Positions 50,465-63,520 of a stretch of DNA of 64,000 bases are shown here, piece after piece; within the stretch, counting starts at the first letter, position 1; every line of letters begins with the position of its first letter. The notes under the pieces are model-generated. The model worked only from the letters and a program-made list of their open reading frames with translations, made no database searches and had not been told where the DNA came from. The translations under genes and the position numbers were made by a program. The stretch is from Mobula hypostoma (Eukaryota). The stretch covers positions 28,956,001 to 29,020,000 of the forward strand of contig NC_086118.1 of the NCBI RefSeq assembly GCF_963921235.1, in the 5' to 3' direction.

Positions 50465-51820
50465 GTCAGGAAATTATAGGCCAGTGAGCCTGACATCAGT
50501 AGTGGGTAAGTTATCGGAAGGTGTTCTAAAGGACCAGATATATAAGTATTTAGATAGACAGGGGCTGATTAGGGATAGTCAACATGGCTTTGGTTGGGTA
50601 AGTCGTGTCTAACCAATATAGATTTTCGTGGACGTTATCAGGAAAGTTGATGAAGGCAAGACAGTAGATGTTGTCTACATAGATCTTAGCAAGGCCTTTG
50701 ACAAGGTGCCACATGAGAGATTGTTCAAGAAGGTTCAGTCGCTTGGCATTCAAGATGAGGTAGTAAATTGAATTGGACATTGGCTGCGCAGGAGAAGCCA
50801 GAGAGTGGAGGTAGATGGCTGCCTCTCTGACTGGACGCCTCTGACTAATGGTGTGCTGCAGGGATCAGTGCTGGGCCCATTGTTGTCTGTCATTTATGTC
50901 AATGATCTGGATAATAATGTGGTAAACTGGATCAGCAAATATGCAGTTGACACCAAGATTGGGGGTGTAGTGGACAACGAAGAAATCCATCAAGACTTGC
51001 AGTGGGATCTGGACCAGCTAGAAACAAGGGCTGAAAAATGGCGGATGGAATTGAATGGAGACAAGAGTGAGCTGTTGCATTTCGGGAGGACCAACTAAGT
51101 TCTTACATGGTGAGCAGTCGGGAACTGAAAAATTACTGCTGTAAAACAGAGGGATCTAGGAATAAAGATTCATAATTCCTTGTAAGTGTTATCACAGGTA
51201 GATCTGATCATAAAGAAAGCTTTTGGCACATTGGACTTCATAAATCAATGTATTGAGTACAGGAGATGGGATGTTATGTTGAAGTTGGATAAGACATTGA
51301 TGAGGCCTAATTTGGAGTATTGTGTGCAATTTTGGTCACCTACCTGCAGGAAAGATGTTAATAAGATTGGAAGAGTGCAGAGAAAATTTACAAGTGTTTG
51401 CTAGGGCTTGAGGACCTGAGTTATAAGGGAAATTCAAATTGGTTAGGATTTTATTACCTAGAGCACAGATGACTAAGGGGACATTTGATAGAAGTTTACA
51501 AAATTTTGAAGGGTATAGATCGGGTAAATGCAAGCAGAGCTTTTCCACTGAGCAGGTCAGGCAGCACCTATGGAAATGAATAAACAGTCGACATTTAAGT
51601 GAGACCAGAACTAGAGGCCATGGGTTAAGGGTGAAAGGTGAAATGTTTAAGGGTAAGAAGAGGGAGAGTTTCTTCACCCAGAAGGTGATGAGAGTGTGGA
51701 CAAGCTGCCAGTGGAAGTGGTGGATGCAGGTTTGATTTCAACATCTAAAAGAAATTGGGATAGATACATAGATGGTAAGGGTATGAAGGGCTATGGTCCG
51801 GGTGCAGATCAATGGGACTA
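50465..51820 (+). mobile_element. CR1 LINE RT to 3' end, degenerate
   Basis: GNYRPVSLTSVVGK; DLSKAFDKVPH; GVLQGSVLGP; YAVDTK; RPNLEYCVQFWSP. Confidence 0.93.
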
Positions 51821-51821
51821 G

Positions 51822-52020
51822 AGTTATCCATTTGGTCCGTTAAGTCTCCTCTGCCATTTAGTAAAGTTATGGTTGATTGTATTTCAGCACTGCATTTTGA
51901 CTACCCATGGTAATCTTTCAGTGACTTGCTTATCAATTATAAATCTCCCTCTGCTTTAAAAATGTTCAAAGACTCTGCTCCCATTGCCTTTTGAAGAAAC
52001 GAGTTACAAAAGTCTGAGAG
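51822..52020 (-). mobile_element. CR1 3' tip
   Basis: ccatttggtcc..ctgccattt..cttgcttatcaa..ctctgctttaaaaatgttcaaagactctgc. Confidence 0.6.
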
Positions 52021-52039
52021 AAATCACAAACCCTCAGGT

Positions 52040-52172
52040 TATGACTGGACACAGATTGGGGGACTGTTTTGTTGAACACCTTTGCTCTGTTCACTGCAAA
52101 AGGCAGGATCTCCTAGTAGCTACCCATTTCATTTCATTCCCATTCTGACATATCTGTCCATAGCATTCTCTA
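52040..52172 (+). mobile_element. Penelope GIY-YIG remnant
   Basis: HRLGDCFVEHLCSVHCKRQDLLVATHF; homologous to 33410-33540. Confidence 0.8.
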
Positions 52173-52544
52173 TTAACATGATGTATTTTTCCACTGAAGT
52201 ATTGTTATGTTCTTTTTACAAACTACTTTCCAACCGTTTTCTGTGTTATCAGCAAAATATAGCAAATAGACTTCATTACATTATTTGACTAAGTTGTATA
52301 AAGTTGAGGCCTAGCACTAATCTTGGTGGCACTCCACACATTGTATCCTGACAACCAGAAAAAGTTCATTTATGTCTGTTTTCTATATCCCGTTAGCCAG
52401 CTAAACTATTTTCCATGCCAATATGTTATTTCCTACATTAGCATTTTATGTGGTACTTTATCAAGTATTATCTGGAAATATTGGTGCATCTATTGGTTCA
52501 CCTTTATAGGACCAAAACACAATACTTTTTTTTCGGTGATTATT

Positions 52545-52825
52545 TATTTATTTCAAGAGGAAGCACAGAATAGGCCCTTTTCGCCCTTTGAGTCAGCAAC
52601 CCACTTATTTGGCTCTAGCCTAATCACAGGACAATTTACAATGACCAACTAACCTACTACCTGTTCCACCTTTGGACTGTGGGAGGAAACTAGAGCACCC
52701 AGAGGAAACCCACACATTCCGTGGGCAGGATGTACAAACTCCTTACGGAGGACACCAGGACAGGACTTGGAACTCTGATGTCCCAAGCTGTAATAGTGCT
52801 GTGCTGAGCGCTACACTACCATGGA
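52545..52825 (-). mobile_element. V-SINE (HE1-like)
   Basis: tttggactgtgggaggaaactagagcacccagaggaaacccac..tgtacaaactccttac. Confidence 0.85.
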
Positions 52826-53440
52826 GGGGAGTCCGGTTTCAGTGATGTGCTGAGCTGTGTCCAAACCTCGCTGCAGTGGCCTGCAGTCAAAGCGGACATG
52901 CCAAACTTCTTCAGCCTCCTGAGGAAGATGAAATGCTGGTGAACTTCCTTAGCTGTGGTGTCAAAGTCGGACCAGTTCAGACTGCTGGTGATTGCTCATA
53001 CCTTGGAATGTTGTTCTCTCAATCCCCTCACCCTCAGTATATTGATGTAGGCAGGAGCATGGGCAACACCCTCTACGACTAAAGTCAATAACCAGCTCTT
53101 TTGTTTTGCTAACATGGAGATTGTTGTCTTGCCCCTATGTCACCAGGCTCTCCTCCTCCTCCTTTACTCCAATTCTTTGTTATTTGAAACACATCTCACT
53201 ATGGTGGCATCATCTGTAAACTTGTAGATGGCATTTGAGCAAAATCTGGCCATGCGGTCATTAATGTACAGAGAATAGAGTACAGGGCTGAAGTGCACCA
53301 ATGTTGAGGATAATTGTGGAGGAAGTGTTGCTGCCTATCATTGTTGGTCAGGAGGGCAAAGATCCATTTGCAGAGGGAGGTTTTGAGTCGCAGATCTAAG
53401 AGTTGGAAATGAGTTTGCTTGGAATTTTAGTATTGATATA
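52826..53440 (-). mobile_element. Old Rex1/Babar RT fragment
   Basis: aagtcaataaccagctcttttgtttt (KTKELVID); catcatctgtaaacttgtagatgg (IYKFTDD). Confidence 0.75.
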
Positions 53441-53854
53441 GTACCACCCATGACAGATGGTCAACTGACTGTCCATTAGATTGCTTGAAGTGGTTCCATT
53501 GTTCTGCTGTGTTGCTGTTCACGGCTCTGCCAGCAAGAAAAACAGACATGTTGGCTTCTTGCAGGGCAGCATGTAAACTAAATGTGGTATTGTAATGGTT
53601 GTGAGATGCTTAAGCAGTAGGTGATCTCATTTGAAGCATTTGCCAGGGCTTCCATTGCATTGAAAAGCAAATCTGTGAAGAAAATCATCAAGCAATTCAG
53701 AAAAGTAGATTGTGGTCAGAAGTCCCAAAGTGGAAGATGGGATTGACCAGACTAAATTCAGAGCATCATTTGAAGAACTATTAAGCATTTTCAGAGCAAT
53801 GGGAATATTAGCACTGCTTGATTTGATAACTCTCCATTTGAAGGAAATGTCTAG

Positions 53855-54066
53855 TATCTATGCAAGCTGCTGGAGGAACTTAGCAGGTCGGCCATCATCT
53901 ATGGAAAGACATAAACAGTTAATGTTTCAGGCTGGGTCCCTTCATCAGGATCTGGGTCTGAAACATCGACTGTTTATTCATTTCCATTGATGCTGCCTGA
54001 CCTGCTGAGTTCCTTCAGCGTATTGTGTGTCTTACTCTGGATGTTCAGCATCTGCAGAATCTTTTG
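53855..54066. mobile_element. Fold-back Penelope pLTR-derived element with hammerhead core on the minus strand
   Basis: Inverted arms; the minus strand reads CTGATGA-agggacccagcct-GAAACATT (53948-53921). Possible TSD tgtctag at 53848-53854 and 54067-54073. Confidence 0.85.
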
Positions 54067-54349
54067 TGTCTAGAATTTAGTTGTACAGTATGAATCAAAT
54101 GCTTCATTAGAGTGCTAGGATAAAGGCGGTACCATTTCAAGGACCCACAGATAAAGTCTAAAGCGAGAAGTTCAACATGAAGAGCTAAAGGGGTGTTATT
54201 TCAATCAAGGCAGGCGGCACTTTTACTGTCTGTGGAAGTGCATGAGCTTTTTAAACTTCCTATTGCATCTCTGTTATATCCCTTGATTCAGCCATTACTT
54301 CAGTACATCTCCCACTGAAACCCTTTCTTCGTTCAATTCTCTGTGAACT

Positions 54350-54835
54350 TCAAATCACCAAAAGGTTTTGTATGAAGGTACTGACTTACATCAAGTTGTG
54401 CTTATCTTCCATCACTCTGATTTCTGACCTGTGTGGGCTCCAATTAAGCAGAACCTTGATTTTAAAATTTCAACTCCCATTTTAAACTAACTCCCTAGAT
54501 TTGAAACCTGTTCTCTCCTCCATCCCTATAAATCTCTATAAACACCCAAAATGTCTGCTAACTCTGAAATGTTGTGCATCTCCCAGTTTCATTCTACAGG
54601 GCTATAGCTACAATCGCCAAAGCCCAGGCTCAGCAGTCCCTCCTTGAACTCTCTGCCATTCCACGTTGACGCCTCCTTTAATGCACTCCTTAAAACTGCT
54701 GGTAGAGGCTTTCAATCACTTTACCTAATACTTCCCTGTGGCACACATCACAAATTTTGATTTTGAAAATTCTCCTATGTGACACATTGGAACAGTTATA
54801 CTACATTAAAAACACATTAGGTATGGTGGTTGTTT
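54350..54835 (+). mobile_element. Old L2 LINE 3' end
   Basis: ctccttaaaac..ctcctatgtgacacattggaacagttatactacattaaa..ttgt matches the L2/Deu-SINE-type tail. Confidence 0.6.
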
Positions 54836-56511
54836 TGGTTAAGTGGTTACTATTGATTTATTACAAATGCAGATGGTTCATCAATAGCTTTTGAACTTTT
54901 CTAATTTAGCAAGTTGAATCAAATTTACTTTATGGCAACATTAGGCATAAAGTCTATAGATTGAAACTCACGATCTCTCATGAAGGCATTTTGGAAATTT
55001 AACTATGCTCATAACTGCATAGAATCTAATGGGCAAACAAATTTCTCTGAGAGCTGAATAAAATATGCAATGCCAAGCTAAGGTTACAAGTTTGATCCTC
55101 GGTCTGAGGTGGATCAGCTGGCTAGGACCAAAGATGATTTGAAGGTGCTATGATTAGCATCAGTACCCAGGCTTAGAACAGACCAAATCAATCAGGTGTT
55201 GATGTTCCCGACTGCTGCTTAGTCGGAACTGTGTGTATATGGGTGGCCAGAATTAACCACAATTGTCAACTCCCATCTTCCAGCCTTATTAAATAATCCA
55301 GTGACTCTCAGAGTCCTGACACTGGAATGTGAAATGTATTTGTAGAATTGTACCAGAACGTTTCTGGAAGGCATATGGTAAGAAGAGAAAAAACATCCTT
55401 GTTCACTGCACTTACAATTATCTGACACATGCTGGCAATAGGCAAGGACAAAGATTTATTTTTATGACAAAGCAGAAATTATTCACAATTTACTCATTCA
55501 AAATGGTGCCAGAAATTAGGAAATAAAAAATCTGGAGTAAATTCACCATCTGTAAATTGGTCATCAATAGGCAACTAGTACAATCTCGTACCAAGTAAAA
55601 CAAGCATTTTAAGAGTTAAGTAGATATTTACACAAATACTTGAAGATGAAACAAATCAGTTGGTTTATGAAAAGGAAGGGACTATTTAATTATTTGGGTC
55701 TGTAATCTATTAAATGTGAAGGCAGAAAGATGGAAAAAAAAGGATTTTAGCTAAAATGGAAAAGATTAATAAAAGGAAAAGTAAACAGGGATTGTTGGAG
55801 GAGATACAGCAGTCACATAAAGGGAATAAATTACCCAAAAACAATTTAGTGAAAAGAGATTGATAGTACAAAGGGAAAATGGTAAAAATAAACATTAAAA
55901 AGGAAAAGGATTATGTGGAGAGAAAAATTACAAGCAATTCCTATACACTAAGAAATAAAGAAAGGAGAACAGAAATAGAGATGAAAAAATGCATGCTGCA
56001 ATTGCTGCCAGTAAAGCATAATTTCAGGTTACCTCTCCTCCTCCTCTGCCCTCTCTAATGATTACATTGTTAAATAGATGTACTGAATAATAATTACAAT
56101 AATGAATAATAGTGGTGCAGTGAGCTAAAACATTACTCTTTTATCTCTGAGGTTTGAATACAGCCTCCAGTGATGATGTGTCTTATCTATCAGCTCTAAG
56201 GATCACGTGTAAAGGACATTTGGGGCAGTATTGACCCAGTTCCTGAAGGCATGTTCTCAGGAAACAAACACGACCATAACTTGACATCATCACTAAAAGA
56301 TGCCATGATGAAAGCTTGTATGGAAAAAGAAAAAAGATATACTCTTGAGAGGTAGTTCTTTTCAAAGTCTCCTGCATAGACTATCCCTAGACTTGAAAAC
56401 CCTCGTACGTTATCCATAATTCATAATTGGGCTTCCATAATTGAGGAATTTTTTTCCAGGTACTTCATTAACAATCCCACAGGCAAAACTGGATACAAAC
56501 AATCCAATTTT

Positions 56512-56680
56512 ACAAAGGCAGGGGAGTTCAAGGTAGAGTTTTGGCCAATATCTATTTTTCAACCAACATAATCAAAATAAACAGGCTGTGTGATCACTAT
56601 CACCTCACTGCATGTGGTAGCTTAGTGTGTTACCACCCTAAGTTTGTTTAACACTCACTGAAGTAAAGCATCTTGCATAA
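56512..56680 (+). mobile_element. Old Deu-SINE fragment
   Basis: gcaggggagttc..tggccaatatctat..tcaaccaacat..tatcacctcactg. Confidence 0.6.
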
Positions 56681-58548
56681 TGCAATTTTCCTTCAAACTA
56701 CCTTGAAATATCATCCTCATTTTCTGTGTTTGAATCTCTGAAGCGGAACTTGTCTTTCTGTGGTAAGAGTTCAATCCACTCAAATACAGTTGATACAATG
56801 CTTTATTGTCCCCCTGATGATACTGAGAGACTCGTGTGAGCTAAGTGCAATAACATTTGCAATGTGCAAGTGTTCTGTGATCAAAAGTCACATGATCAAT
56901 GTCACATGATTGCATATCATACAATCATACCTCCAGGAATATGTGCAGCCAGACTTGGCAACCCCCGAGACCTGTAAAATTATTCATAGTCTCCCAGGAA
57001 CACCATTTCATTACCTCCAAAAGTCAATGTCAATGACCCAAAGGGAAACAATGCCACGAATGCAGAAAATATATTCTATTGGTATACCATTGCATATATG
57101 TAAGGTTTTAAATCAACCACAGTTCAGAAAAAAAGAAGTAATTTAAAGACACAGCCATGAATCTCGCACTTTATGTATTGTTACTTAAAATTTGTCAAGA
57201 GAGTCTTCATCTCAGACCGTAAATAGAACAGTCTCCATAGTTTTTGGTATTTATTTAATTAAGCCTAATGATACTTGCAACACAGGGTTTCGAATACGAT
57301 TTTTATTCTGTCTGGCCAAGTGCTAGGCTACCTTTCATTTTATCCTTCTCAAATTCCGCTGAGTGGCTGCCAAATGCAGTTGCAGACTTTGTTTGATCTG
57401 GAAATCAGCTGGAACTGATTGTAATTTGAGAAGGAAAATCTCATTATATACAAAGATATAAGCAAGTTTTAGAAGTTCCCAACTTGAATATTGTCAAGTG
57501 AATATAAGGTCTTTAAGCATCCCCTACAATTTACACCATCTAAATTGTTAATACTTAAAAAATATGCGGAACCTGAATAAATTGCTTTAAGGAGCAATAC
57601 TGCATACCTTATGAGATAAATACACTTTTTAAAATTCAAACCATAAAACTGTCACCCGCAGGCTATCATTCAGTGTCCCTTACTTCAAGACTGTGCACAA
57701 CTGTTTTTTTTTGTAACCATCAAGAGGAGAATATCCCTTAGGGAATGGAGTACTTCCCAACATTCAGCATCTGGTCTTATAATCAGACACTTCCCAGTCA
57801 GGTGGAAGACAAAGTTAATGCTGCTTCAAATGATGGACTGGTACAGGAAGCTCATAGCCGGCATAAGGCCAAGTTAAATGTTCTTTAGACATATACTGTA
57901 CCTTTGGGCAGAAAAAAGGACAAAACTAACAAAGGTTTAGATAAATATATACATCATGCTATACTTAGACTGACTGATATAGTTTTGATCTGTATTCTGC
58001 TTTAAAGTATAAACTCTCTGTAAGAATGCAAATGAAAGGTCAAGACTACTCCTAGGTTTAAAGGGGGTAATTTTTGAAGAGTATTATGCTGTATAGTCTG
58101 TACAGAGGAAAGTTAAATGGAGACAAGTATATCAAATCTTGTAAACAAAAAAAAATTTTAATTTGTGATTGTTCGCATACAGTAGCCACGTAACAGAGTA
58201 ACGTACATGGATGGTTTTTTGCTTCTGAAATTCAGTCCCATTGTAATGATTAGAACAATCTTTTAAAAGCAGCATAGAATTCACAAAAACAATTATATTA
58301 TTAAATGCAACTGGGGATGAATTTCTACAGCATTACATTGAAGTCATTATTTGAGAGTACAAGGAAGGAAAATCTTGTTATAAAAATAGTGAAAATGCAT
58401 GTTTAATTACCTTTTAATGGCACAGTGGGTTTTATAATTATTATTATTATTATTGGCAGTAGTTCATTACTTTCACATGTACTAAGATCGTATTGAGGTA
58501 GATTGTGAGGCCAAGAGTCCATCTTATCATACAAAAGATCTGTCTGAG

Positions 58549-58584
58549 AGTCCTGACGAAGGGTCTCGGCCTGAAACGTCGACT
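58549..58584 (+). ncRNA. Minimal type I hammerhead ribozyme with intact core
   Basis: agtc-CTGACGA-agggtctcggcct-GAAAC-GTC-gact. Predicted cleavage after 58580. Confidence 0.8.
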
Positions 58585-58644
58585 GCGCCTCTTCCTATCA
58601 ATGCTGCCTGGCCTGCTGCGTTCACCAGCAACTTTGATGTGTGT
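58553..58644 (+). mobile_element. 92-bp solo Penelope pLTR insert
   Basis: 12-bp TSD tgtctgagagtc at 58541-58552 and 58645-58656; nearly identical to 33956-34049. Confidence 0.92.
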
Positions 58645-59464
58645 TGTCTGAGAGTCTGATTGTCTGATTACAGTAGTGTCGAAGCTGCCCTTGAAAGCGG
58701 TGGTACATGCTTTCAGACTTTAATATCTTCTGCCTGGTGGGAGAAGGGAGAAGAGAGAATATCCTGGGTGGGTGGGATCTTCGATTATGCTAGATGCTTC
58801 AGTGAGGCAGTAAGAAGTATAGACAGAGTCCATGGATGGGAGGCTGGTTCATGTATTGTGCTGAGCTGTATCCATAACACTCTGACCGTTTTTTGCAGTC
58901 ATGCGCCATAACAAGCGATCATGCATCCAGAGAGAACGTCTTCTGTGGTGCATTGATAAAAGTTAACGGGGATATGCCAAGTATCTTTATCCTCCAAAGG
59001 ATGTAGAGGTATTGGTGTGTTTTTTTTTGCATGATATCAACGTGGTTGCACCAGAACAGACTGTTGGTGATGTTCATACCTATGAACTTGAAGTTCCCAA
59101 CATTTTCAACCACAACACCATTGATGTCGACAGGAGCATGTGTACTAACCCTTTTCTTAAGTCAATAACCAGCTCTTTTGTTTTGATGACATTCAGGGAA
59201 AGATTGTCGTCATGACAACATGTCACTAAACTCTCTATCTCCTTCCTGTACTCCGACTCTTTGTAACTTAACATGAAGTTCACTACAGTGCTATCATCTG
59301 AGGTGTTGCCCACTGTAAGCTGCCTGCTGTAAGCTTCCATGATTTTGTAAACAAATCTCATTTAAAGCTTCCAAATTCTGAATAATTACTCCTGCAATCA
59401 TTTCCATCATGAATGTGTCAATGAATCAGTATAGTTCTGTGAGACTTCTTGAAAATTGTTTTAC

Positions 59465-59930
59465 TTTTTTGACATCTTCAATTGTGACTTAATTGATAAT
59501 CTATTTACCCTTTCACCCTTTCTCTTTTCCTTACCTGCCCATCAACTCCCTTTGGTTCTCCTCCTCGTCCCTATATTCTATGGCCCACTGTGCTCTTCTA
59601 TTAGATTCCTTCTTCTTCAGCTCTTTACTTCCTCCACTTTTTCTCTCATAGTTTCTTACTTCATCACCCTTCCCCCACCCACCCACCTTACCCCCAACTG
59701 GTCTCATGTATCCCCTGCTAGCTTGTACTCTCTCTCTCTCTCTCTCTCTCTTCCTCCCACCTTCTTAATCTGGCTTCTGCCCCCTTCCTTTACAGTCTCG
59801 ATGAAGAGTCTCAGCCTGACATGTCGACACTTTATTCCCCAACATCGATGCTGCCAGACCTGCTGAGTTCCTCCTGAATTGTGTGTGTGTTAATCAAGAT
59901 TTCCAACATCTGCAGAATCTCTTGTGTTGA
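59465..59930 (+). mobile_element. Penelope 3' UTR/pLTR fragment with decayed hammerhead; contains (CT)n at 59728-59750
   Basis: C/T-rich UTR; cagtctcgatgaagagtctcagcctgacatgtcgac; gatttccaacatctgcagaatctcttgtgt. Confidence 0.8.
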
Positions 59931-60984
59931 TTAGTACCATTGCAACATATTAGCCAGTTAAGAAAATCTTTTGACAGGTTAACACAGGAAGAAAACAGAT
60001 CGATATGTTTACTTCAATTCTTTTTATGACATTGTTCATGATTCACAGAGCATCTGCTTTGCAGGTGTAAAATTAAGCAGAACTATTGGAATTACTCAAT
60101 GTTCTTATACTTAATGACCAATTTTACATTGTGCATTTCTTCCTTTTTAAAAATAACCTGGACTGATGTTTAATTTCTTTGCATATTCTTTGCCTTTTAT
60201 CTCAGTTAATCTTTTCTAACTGTGCATGTCAAAATAATAATGCCGAAGTGATTATTCAACTGTCTACCTGGCTTTTAAGAACAACTTAACATTACTCCTT
60301 GCATCAATGGTTCATAGACTAAAGCAGTAATCCGCTGTCTCATGATTTGTTAATCCAATGGTTTGGCATCTGGTCACCAGGTGCTGTTCCCATGTCTCCT
60401 TCAACACACTAGCTTCTAGTTTCCATCCTCACACTGGGTATCCTTGAAACTGATCTGCTCTGTTTCTTGTATTCCTTTTAAATTTAGCAGGTTTACTGAG
60501 AAATTTACTATTCTACTGTGTAGTCTATAAATAAAGTGAGGTAAAAGTGCATTTGAGTGCCAGTAGTTTAACATCCAATCCTTCAGCCTGTCTACTAGTC
60601 TAGCACCATTGAAGTATCAAGCCTTCTGGATTAGCAGAATGTTATCGTAAATCCACCAGTCTCAATAGCACGAACTATAGGAGGCAGTTATATAAATTGC
60701 ACACGCCTTCGTCATGGGTCCAAATCACCATGTTAATTCTGATGAAACCAGATTCTCCTGCTAATTTTTAACCTCCTTTCTGCCACTCAACATAACCAAA
60801 GATGATATTATATTGTGTTCATTACTTTTAGTTGGTATTACAGAAAAGTGGACGCAGACAAAAGGCAAAATTGTACTTGGGGCGGCTCTTTTTATGTATT
60901 TCAGGTATTATTCATGCTCAATAAACAGCATTAACAGGATAACAAAGCCTCACTTGTGAAGCTTGCAAGGTGTATCACGGTGAT

Positions 60985-62002
60985 AGAACATAGAACAGTA
61001 CAGCACATTACAGGCCCTTCAGCCCACAATGTTGTGCCGACCCTCAAACCCTGCCTCACATATAACCCCCCCCACCTTAAATTCCTCCATATACCTGTCT
61101 AGTAGTCTCTTAAACTTTGCTAGTGTACCTGCCTCCACCACTGAGTCAGGCAGTGCATTCCACGCACCAACCACTCTCTGAGTAAAAAAACCTTCCTCTA
61201 ATATCCCCCTTGAACTTCCCACCCCTTACCTTAAAGCCATGTCCTCTTGTATTGAGCAGTGGTGCCCTGGGGAAGAGGTGCTGGCTATCCATTCTATCTA
61301 TTCCTCTTAATACTTTGTACACCTCTATCATGTCTCCTCTCATCCTCCTTCTCTCCAGAGAGTAAAACCCAAGCTCCCTTAATCTCTGAACATAATCCAT
61401 ACTCTCTAAACCAGGCAGCATCCTGGTAAATCTCCTCTGTACCCTTTCCAATGCTTCCACGTCCTTCCTATAGTGAGGCGACTGGAACTGGACACAGTAC
61501 TCCAAGTGTGGCCTAACCAGAGTTTTATAGAGCTGCATCACTACATCGCGAATCTTAAACTCTATCCCTCAATTTATGAAAGCTAACACCCCATAAGCTT
61601 TCTTAACTACCCTATCTACCTGTGAGGCAACTTTCAGGGATCTGTGGACATGTACCCCCAGATCCCTCTGCTCCTCCACACTACCAAGTATCCTGCCATT
61701 TACTTTGTACCCTGCCTTGGAGTTTGTCCTTCCAAAGTGTACCACCTCACACTTCTCCGGGTTGAACTCCATCTGCCGCTTCTCAGCCCACTTCTGCATC
61801 CTATCAATGTCTCTCTGCAATATTCGACAATCCTCTACACTATCTACAACACCACCAACCTTTGTGTCATCTGCAAACTTGTCAAACCACCCTTCTACCC
61901 CAACATCCAGGTCGTTAATAAAAATCACGAAAAGTAGAGGTCCCAGAACAGATCCTTGTGGGACACCACTAGTCACAATCCTCCAATCTGAATGTACTCC
62001 CT
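60985..62002 (-). mobile_element. Young 5'-truncated CR1 LINE (RT C-terminal half)
   Basis: GVPQGSVLGP, FADDTK, RPHLEYCVQF, FFTQRVVGAWN, with only one stop (61569) and one frameshift. (AGAACAT) tail; imperfect TSD acggtgat / actgtgat. Confidence 0.95.
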
Positions 62003-63019
62003 ACTGTGATGTGGTTAGTTAGCCCACAATTTAACATCTGTGGTAGAACAGTCAGATTACAATGTCACTTGGTAACTTGAACTCTAAGTTTGGACATCCA
62101 GCCAAAATTATCCCTTCAGTTTCCTAGCTAAACACATGCTCACAGCGGGAAGAATTCCCAGATGCAATATTTAAAGGAATCGCATACCACATCCAGATTA
62201 CATGTTACTTTATTGCCTCTGGCTGCACATGTTTGGTTCAAAATTGAGAACCCCATGTCCACTTTAAGGGCCGTCGAAATTTCTACTCAAGGGATTTGTA
62301 GTGCCCATGCTGCCAAATCAAAAATAAAGTCATGATCTTATTTCTGAAATAACATTTACTTTTATCACAGTCCTCAATGTTGAAGCATATGTGGCTAAAG
62401 AATCAAATATTGTGATTTAAAGTAGATTGTCACTGCAAAACCTTTTCAAATAATAGGTTTTGTAGCTCCATATCCCGGAGAAAATTGGGGCTCTTACGAT
62501 TTCTTTCACACATTAGCCATTGGCAGGAATATTTGCAGTCAAAGCCCTTGTGCTAAGCAGACTGAAACTCTTTTGGTTGCAATTGTGGTATTATGTTTAG
62601 TAAATGTGCTCAGAAAAATAATTTAAGATGAAATTACTGGGATAGTCTACCATCCTTCAAATGTCAGCAAGCACAAGTTATTGCTTTGTTGCAATGCCAA
62701 GTAGATTGAAAGCAAGCCGATTGGCTGGAATTATGAAAGCGATGCCCTAGTTAGTTAGGCACCATTTGCTTATTTCAGCAATCATTCTTAGTGTTTTTCA
62801 GGGCCTGAGACCTGGCCGATGTTGAATGATCCTTAAGACCACTTGAAGGATTTCAGATTTTATATCTTTGAGCTGACAGCTGGAGAGAAGAGATAAACAA
62901 GGGGATGTTGAAAGTGGATTAACAATTACTAAACTCAACAGTTCAGAAGTGGTCAGCAGTAAGCTGGTCTTGCTTGTTTGACTCCGAAAGAAAGATTGCA
63001 TTCACCCTTCTTCCATCCG

Positions 63020-63520
63020 CTATTGAAAAATTTATCTGTCCTGGGGCCGGCACATAAGTATCATCATAAAGAAGGCACAACAGCGCCTTCACCTTCTTTG
63101 AAGATTGCAAAGATTTGGCATGTCACGAAAAACTTTGACAAATGTCAAAAGAGATGCAGTGGAGAGTATCTTGAATAGCTGAATCATGGTCTGGTATAGA
63201 AACGTCGATGGCACGAATAGAAAAGGCCACAGAAACTAATGGATTTGGGTAAATTTGGGTAAATTTATATACAGCATTGCAACAAGAAAGCGACATCTAT
63301 CATCAAAGAACTCCTCCATCCAGGCCATACATTCTTCTCACTGCTACCATTAGGCGGGAGATACAGAAGCCTTCGGTCTCACACTACCAAGTTCAGGAAC
63401 AGTTGTTATTCTACAACCATCAGGCTCCACTCTGTACTGATTCTGCAGCCTACAAACTCACTTTCAAAGATTCTTTTTGATTCATGTTCTCAGTATTATT
63501 TTTTTTTCATTTGCACAGTA
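63020..63520 (+). mobile_element. Rex1/Babar 3' fragment
   Basis: ccatccaggccat..ttctcactgctacc..cactaccaagttcaggaacagtt. Confidence 0.8.

Larger units (their letters stand above)
58450..59300 (-). mobile_element. Rex1/Babar RT-3' fragment with nested Penelope insert
   Basis: DDSTVV..ESEYRKEIESLVTCCHDDNLSLNVIKTKELVID; FKFIG. Confidence 0.85.

Noticed and set aside
63243..63266. atttgggtaa direct repeat
   Set aside because: A local micro-duplication inside a Rex fragment; it is not telomeric TTAGGG.
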